From NCBI GenBank assembly GCA_049589355.1, contig JBAWAP010000384.1, positions 2,349 through 66,348 of the forward strand: 64,000 nt of DNA, read 5' to 3'. The notes under the pieces are model-generated. The model did not search any database. It was not told the DNA's origin and saw nothing but the letters and a program-made list of their open reading frames with translations. Below are positions 59,355-64,000 of the stretch, one piece after another; positions within the stretch are counted from its first letter, which is position 1; each line of letters begins with the position of its first letter. Source of the DNA: Anaerolineae bacterium. GTDB taxonomy: Bacteria > Chloroflexota > Anaerolineae > VGOG01. The position numbers and the translations under genes were made by a program.

Positions 59355-60938
59355 CTAGTAAAAGATATCTTCAAACAACGGCGCAAAAACGTCCTCGTCC
59401 ACCTCAATACCAGCAGGGACCGCTAATGGCAGTTTGTCAGAATCATAGAACCCAACCCTCTCTTTCTTCAAGAGTCGAAAATTGGGGTCACTTAAGACGT
59501 GATCAGTGTGAGTGCATGAGGGTAACCAACCTTTCACATTTGCTTCGTATGAGAGCAACCACTGTGAATCATACAGGTTGGCTTCATCCATATAAGTTTC
59601 CCAGAGGGTTGTGTCTAGACCGGATGGTATCAGCCCTCGCTCATTAGCGTCTAACGTGAGCAGCGCCACTATAGAATCATGCATCCTTGACAACGCGGCG
59701 GCAGCGGCGGGATCAATTGTAATCCCGAAGAAGATTGCGGCCCAAACAGACCAGGCAGCTTCGCCCCCATAATTCGAGGCGCACTGATGTACGATTTCAC
59801 TATTTAGTACCTCGCCAACTGAAGCAACATCAATATCGAAGCCTAATTGATGATATTGAATCAACAACTCCAGGACTTGGAAAAATGTTCCAGTCTCAAC
59901 CATTAGGCATTGAAACAGGAAATGTTGAAGCAACGGCCAGTTGGCGCGGTCAATTGCCTCACTCTTATCTTCTCTAGGAGAAAGCCGTGCGACAGCGTAC
60001 TCGAGGACGTGGTCCTTGGAATGTTCGCGTGCGAGTTCAAAAGCCAGATCGAAATAGGTCATCAGGTCAGTGGCTTGTGCTTTAGGGGTGCTTCGGAATC
60101 GGAATGTTCGCAACTGGGGAACCCATCTGGCCACAATGCGAATCGGCAACTCGATTATCTCTGTCTTATCCGAGTTTAGTTCGAGCTCATATTCCCGCAG
60201 TACTGCGCGAAGCGTAGATAGGGCAGACTCGGCTTCTGATCGCGATCGAAACCCAAACTCAAATTCGTCCACAAATCGAAAGCCCCTGATCTTTCCGAGT
60301 TGTTTTTCCAGTTCCTCGTCGGTTGCATTAAGGATTATCTCGGCTATCAAAAACGATGTATCGGGGCCAATCGGTATGCCTATGGTCTGATCATCCTGCC
60401 CGCGCCTGATCCACCGATCTAGCGAGTTGCCGATATGCTGATTACCACGATTGACCTTTGCAAAGTCTTTACCGTGAATTGCCCACGGAATGCTATGTGT
60501 ATAAACCGACGGGTAGAATTTTGAGATATCGGCCTTGAGGATGAACTTTGAGGTAGATCTAGCCTGCAATCGCATCGCAGGTAAATCATCGTAAGTCACT
60601 ATTGGTACAATAGCACGACTTGTAGGTTGCCCAATGGTGGGCTTGCTACAAGAGATTCTTGAACGGTTCGCAGCGCTGCTTAACTGAGGCCAGTTATTTA
60701 CCACATCACAGCAAAGGTTGTGTTGAACTATTGGGTTGGGGATCGATAAAAACCTGCGATTAATGCCTACGCGCGCGAAACTATGGCGCACAGGCTTTGC
60801 CCGTTTGGGGTCGTTGAAGGTGTTTGGAAGATGTCCAGCATTTGCGGCCATTACTTGTGCGAATCGCTCAGTCGAGAACGGCGCTGGGAGTTTAGCAGGG
60901 AAGAAACCGCGAGATAATAGCAATGATAAGTCGGTCAT
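59355..60938 (-). CDS. Reverse transcriptase, Abi/DRT (unknown-group) type, integron cassette 1
   Basis: RT motifs ILKADISKFYPSV (motif 2), IGIPIGPDTSFLIAEIIL (motif 4), FRFVDEFEF at the YxDD position; 130-aa N-terminal and ~230-aa C-terminal extensions. Confidence 0.65.
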   Translation of the reverse strand: MTDLSLLLSRGFFPAKLPAPFSTERFAQVMAANAGHLPNTFNDPKRAKPVRHSFARVGINRRFLSIPNPIVQHNLCCDVVNNWPQLSSAANRSRISCSKPTIGQPTSRAIVPIVTYDDLPAMRLQARSTSKFILKADISKFYPSVYTHSIPWAIHGKDFAKVNRGNQHIGNSLDRWIRRGQDDQTIGIPIGPDTSFLIAEIILNATDEELEKQLGKIRGFRFVDEFEFGFRSRSEAESALSTLRAVLREYELELNSDKTEIIELPIRIVARWVPQLRTFRFRSTPKAQATDLMTYFDLAFELAREHSKDHVLEYAVARLSPREDKSEAIDRANWPLLQHFLFQCLMVETGTFFQVLELLIQYHQLGFDIDVASVGEVLNSEIVHQCASNYGGEAAWSVWAAIFFGITIDPAAAAALSRMHDSIVALLTLDANERGLIPSGLDTTLWETYMDEANLYDSQWLLSYEANVKGWLPSCTHTDHVLSDPNFRLLKKERVGFYDSDKLPLAVPAGIEVDEDVFAPLFEDIFY

Positions 60939-60992
60939 GTCATTTGATAGGTGAATCTACCTCCAAGTCTAATGCTCAATCAATCTTCAGTT

Positions 60993-61085
60993 TCGATTTG
61001 AAGCGCCTAACTATTGAGTATACGGAATCCATCTTTCCTTGCCATTTAAGCGTCTTAGACGGAATCAACCTAATCTGCTAGCAAG
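60993..61085. other. attI region with GTTAGGC crossover core (minus-strand reading) at 60993-60999
   Basis: GTTAGGC 55 nt upstream of the RT start, between the first cassette and intI. Confidence 0.5.
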
Positions 61086-61114
61086 GTTGCATTTGCGGGA
61101 ATTGTGTGTATAAT
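61086..61114 (+). promoter_or_regulatory. Candidate P_intI promoter (TTGCAT-16-TATAAT)
   Basis: ttgcatttgcgggaattgtgtgtataat ~100 nt upstream of intI ATG. Confidence 0.45.
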
Positions 61115-61216
61115 AACCCTGTTCCCAGCCCTTCTGCGGAATGTGCCAGATGGCCGGGTAGATGCATTATAAAGCGCAATCCAGAAAAAGTCAACCTGTA
61201 CCGGAGGAAAACCGCG

Positions 61217-62176
61217 ATGGAACCCGCTTCTAGAAAACTGCTCGATCGAGTCCGAGATGCCCTGCGCCTCAAACACTACTCCATCCGTACCGCAGTTTCC
61301 TACGTGAATTGGATCCGACGCTATGTCCTATTCCACAATAAGCGACATCCCAACGAAATGGGCAGCGTCGAGGTCGAAGCCTTTCTCACCCATCTGGCGG
61401 TGAAGGAAAACGTCGCCGCATCCACACAAAACCAGGCCCTCAGCGCTCTGCTGTTTCTGTACCGCGAGGTGTTGAAAAAAGACCTGGGGCCTATAGACGC
61501 CCTGCGCGCGAAAAAGCCCAAACGCCTGCCCACCGTCCTGACTCGGGAGGAGGTGCGCCGCGTCCTCGGCCACCTGTCGGGCACGCACCAACTAATGGCC
61601 AAACTGCTCTATGGTAGTGGCCTGAGGTTGATGGAGTGTGTACGCCTGCGCGTCAAAGACCTGGATTTTGCCCAGCGGGCGATTGTCATCCGCGACGCCA
61701 AGGGCGACCAGGACCGGGTGACGATGCTGCCCGAAAGCCTCATCGCACCGCTACAGGAACATCTGCTGCGTGTAAAACGCCTGCACGAAGAAGACCTGGC
61801 CAAAGGCTATGGCGCCGTCTACCTGCCCTACGCCCTGGAACGCAAATACCCCAGTGCCGACCGGGAATGGACCTGGCAATATGTCTTCCCTGCGCAGCGG
61901 CTTTCCGTGGACCCTCGCAGCGGCGTCGTGCGCCGCCACCACGTAGACGAGAGCGGTCTGCAAAAGGCGGTTCGAGAGGCGGCCCGCCTGGCCGGCATCC
62001 CCAAACCGGTCAGCCCCCATACCTTCCGCCACAGCTTTGCCACCCATTTGCTGGAAAATGGCTATGACATCCGCACCGTGCAGAAGCTCCTCGGCCATAA
62101 GGATGTGAAAACAACCATGATTTACACCCACGTCCTCCAGCGCGGCGGCCTGGCAGTACGCAGCCCACTGGACTAG
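61217..62176 (+). CDS. intI: Integron integrase IntI (tyrosine recombinase)
   Basis: Integron-specific insertion [23 protein letters not shown]...[26 protein letters not shown]; catalytic R..HxxR..Y ([12 protein letters not shown]...IYTHV). Close resemblance to IntI1 across the whole length. Confidence 0.9.
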   Translation: MEPASRKLLDRVRDALRLKHYSIRTAVSYVNWIRRYVLFHNKRHPNEMGSVEVEAFLTHLAVKENVAASTQNQALSALLFLYREVLKKDLGPIDALRAKKPKRLPTVLTREEVRRVLGHLSGTHQLMAKLLYGSGLRLMECVRLRVKDLDFAQRAIVIRDAKGDQDRVTMLPESLIAPLQEHLLRVKRLHEEDLAKGYGAVYLPYALERKYPSADREWTWQYVFPAQRLSVDPRSGVVRRHHVDESGLQKAVREAARLAGIPKPVSPHTFRHSFATHLLENGYDIRTVQKLLGHKDVKTTMIYTHVLQRGGLAVRSPLD

Positions 62177-62370
62177 ACTTGAGCAACGCTGATTGACCTA
62201 TGCACCAAGAACATATCTACATTGAGAAACTGACCACCATCCAGCAATTCCATCGTGGAGCCTCCCTTTGAGCTGAACCCTGACGGGCCGGGCATCGGCG
62301 TGACGGTGGACGAGCGCCCTTCGCTGGAATGTACTATCAGGAGGCAGGTCTTCCAGGAGGGAATTCAGGT

Positions 62371-63108
62371 TCAATTAACGCGAACGTACATCCCCCGCCA
62401 GTCGTTGAGCCGCACTTTGAGCAGTTCTCCTAACATACCCAGGGTATCTTTGATAGGGCGGACCCTGCTGTTGGCCATGTAGTACCAGTTGATGGGCACC
62501 TCAACGATATGGTAACCCCGCTTCCGGGCGATGAATAGCACCTCCACGTCGAAGCCCCAGCCCTCCATGGTCTGATAAGGGAAGATGTCGCGGGCCACCG
62601 CTTGCCGAAAGCACTTGAAGCCGCACTGGGTGTCCTGGAAGCCCGGCACAGCCAACAGGCGGACGAGGAAGTTAAACACTCGTCCCATGAGATGGCGATA
62701 GGCGGGCTCGCCGTAGCGTCGGGCCCCCTCTACCTCCCGCGAAGCGATGGCCACATCGTAATTCTCAAGCTGGGGAGGGAGGAACTTGGCCACCTCCTCA
62801 ATGGGCATGGAGAGATCGGTGTCGCAGAAGAAGAGATACTCCCCCCGCGCGGCCATCATGCCTAGCTTGACGGCCAGCCCCTTGCCCCGCCGCTCGTCCC
62901 TGATCAGCGAGATGAAGGGGCAGCGAGCCATAAACTCTTCGACCACGGCGGCGGTGTTATCCTGGCTGCCGTTGTCAACCACGATCACCTCGGCCTCGTA
63001 GTCCTGCTCCTGAAGGAAAGCGACGATCTTTTCCAGGCTTCCAGGCAGCCGCTGCTCCTCATTATGAGCAGGGATAATTATCGAAAGAAGCGGCTCAGAG
63101 TTTAGCAC
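62371..63108 (-). CDS. GT2-family glycosyltransferase (polyprenol-phosphate mannosyl/glucosyltransferase-like)
   Basis: LSIIIPAHNEE...VVDNGSQDNT...DTD DxD motif. Confidence 0.85.
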   Translation of the reverse strand: MLNSEPLLSIIIPAHNEEQRLPGSLEKIVAFLQEQDYEAEVIVVDNGSQDNTAAVVEEFMARCPFISLIRDERRGKGLAVKLGMMAARGEYLFFCDTDLSMPIEEVAKFLPPQLENYDVAIASREVEGARRYGEPAYRHLMGRVFNFLVRLLAVPGFQDTQCGFKCFRQAVARDIFPYQTMEGWGFDVEVLFIARKRGYHIVEVPINWYYMANSRVRPIKDTLGMLGELLKVRLNDWRGMYVRVN

Positions 63109-63124
63109 TGGTTCTTCTCTCCTT

Positions 63125-63185
63125 AATCAATTTGCGATTTTCGGTTTCCGATTTCCGAATCGAAAATCGGCAATCGGCAATCGAA
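63125..63185. repeat. Low-complexity palindromic intergenic tract built from CGATTTTCG / CGAAAATCG units
   Basis: gcgattttcggtttccgatttccgaatcgaaaatcggcaatcggcaatcgaaaatcgc. Confidence 0.45.
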
Positions 63186-63193
63186 AATCGCTG

Positions 63194-64000
63194 TTAATGA
63201 GTCAAGATGGACTCTAAATACTCATCGGTGACCCATTTGCTGGCCTGCACGGCGCGGCGCTTGGCCAGCATCCGGGGCAGGCCCCACAGCCCGGCCAGTT
63301 GTCCCCGCAGCCGGGCCCTGGCCGCCTCCCCTCGCCAGGCTTTTAAAGCCTTCCAGGCGATGTCAATCTGGGCACGGACAATCCGCCGCCAGTGTTTTTT
63401 CAGCAAGGTCGTCGGGTAGTTCTTGGACAGGACGTAGATGAAGTTGCGACCGCAATAATAGCTGGCAATCTTTCCACCGCCGGTGGCGCTCAGCTTATGG
63501 TAGACTACTGCCCTGGGGACGTAGACGCACTTCCAGCCCGCCAGTTGAGCCCGCCAGGCCAGATCCACGTCCTCGCAGAAGGAGACGAGGCCCTCGTCGA
63601 AAAGGCCCACCTCATCCAGCATGGCCCGACGATAGGCCGCCGCCACGCCCGCAGCCCCGAAGACGTATTCCTCACGGTCGAACTGCCCCTCGTCCCGCTG
63701 CCAGACGCCGCGATTACCGGGGACCCCGTCCACCCCGTAGAAGTCTCCGGCCGAGTTGATGACGTCGCGCCGGTCGAAGAGGAGCACCTTGGGAGTGGCC
63801 ATCCCTGCTTCGGGATGCCGGGCCAGGGCCTTTGCCAGTTCCTCCAGCCAGTGGGGGTCTGCCTCGGCATCGTTGTTGAAGACGGCGACGGTCTCCCCTC
63901 GGGCCTCGCGGATGCCAGCGTTCACTCCTCCAGCGAAGCCACGATTTTGCGGCAGGGCCACCACCTTCACCTCCGGGTAATCCCTCTCCAGAAGCTGCAG
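63194..64000 (-). CDS. GT2-family glycosyltransferase (C-terminal part; gene continues past window end)
   Basis: ALPQNRGFAGGVNAGI motif is mid-protein in GT2 enzymes; ORF open to the window edge. Confidence 0.75.
   Translation of the reverse strand: MQLLERDYPEVKVVALPQNRGFAGGVNAGIREARGETVAVFNNDAEADPHWLEELAKALARHPEAGMATPKVLLFDRRDVINSAGDFYGVDGVPGNRGVWQRDEGQFDREEYVFGAAGVAAAYRRAMLDEVGLFDEGLVSFCEDVDLAWRAQLAGWKCVYVPRAVVYHKLSATGGGKIASYYCGRNFIYVLSKNYPTTLLKKHWRRIVRAQIDIAWKALKAWRGEAARARLRGQLAGLWGLPRMLAKRRAVQASKWVTDEYLESILTH

Larger units (their letters stand above)
56058..62176. mobile_element. Chromosomal integron: intI, attI and four gene cassettes with attC sites
   Basis: IntI-specific integrase on + strand. 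Four minus-strand ORFs each followed by an imperfect-palindromic attC with RYYYAAC...GTTRRRY boundaries; cassettes 1-2 have lower GC. Confidence 0.8.

Noticed and set aside
59651-59760. 33-aa C-terminal-like peptide fragment (…YAESGKPDKLFKKYRLTTTDIVETVKQVLAK*) in the AT-rich patch after the membrane protein
   Set aside because: Too short and without a start. It could be a gene remnant but cannot be supported further.
61217-62176. Phage/ICE integrase marking a prophage
   Set aside because: The protein has the integron-specific additional domain, and adjacent attC-bounded cassettes are present. No phage structural genes are in the window.

Overview
High-GC (~60%) bacterial chromosome segment, most likely from a Chloroflexi-like anaerobe. 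The gene content is consistent with this: tungsten-type aldehyde:ferredoxin oxidoreductase, iron-containing alcohol dehydrogenase, and many DUF3795 cysteine-rich proteins. Four blocks stand out:

(i) 1-8.6 kb: ordinary housekeeping genes (nitroreductase, surE, a double-REC response regulator, NUDIX, FAH, MFS). An unusually clean promoter-plus-terminator unit at 2.5-2.7 kb looks like a small RNA or a riboswitch-like leader.

(ii) 6.1-37.5 kb: about 31 kb in which every gene lies on the minus strand, ending next to tRNA-Gly(CCC). It is packed with DNA-repair and genotoxin self-protection genes: a YcaQ/AlkZ-like winged-helix glycosylase, AlkA-like and UDG-like glycosylases, an AlkD-like HEAT-repeat glycosylase, three ClbS/DfsB domains, a GyrI-like protein, an SPL-like radical-SAM enzyme, a full-length UvrA paralog followed by a RibD_C/DHFR-like protein and a WYL regulator, and a VapBC pair. 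Seven DUF3795 Cys-rich proteins are interleaved with three paralogous prenyltransferase/QW-repeat alpha-toroid proteins; one such pair is translationally coupled by an ATGA overlap. The most upstream promoter of this block is a consensus sigma-70 promoter overlapped by two Cheo-type LexA boxes (GAAC-N4-GTTC).

(iii) 38-56 kb: metabolic genes (birA, HIT, MFS, thiolase, FAD/4Fe-4S oxidoreductase, AOR, Fe-ADH, flavodoxin, GYD, GH130, and a GT4 fusion) interrupted by a two-gene AAA/ABC-type ATPase plus DUF4276-like module. This is a candidate OLD/PARIS-like defence system.

(iv) 56.0-62.2 kb: a complete chromosomal integron. It has an IntI integrase with the integron-specific ALERKYP insertion, an attI junction (GTTAGGC), and four minus-strand cassettes separated by recognisable attC sites. 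The cassettes encode a large Abi/DRT-like reverse transcriptase, an HNH-nuclease fusion, a beta-lactamase-fold serine hydrolase, and a PH-domain protein.

Also noted: a family of about 70-95 bp palindromic GTAACGAGTCAA elements. One copy is inserted in-frame inside the uvrA paralog and another extends the C-terminus of the HIT protein, in the manner of RPE-like elements. A flavodoxin-like gene is interrupted by an in-frame TAG. A TFIIB-type zinc-ribbon gene is frameshifted.

No rRNA and no CRISPR array were seen. Many long antisense ORFs in the ORF track are GC-driven artefacts.
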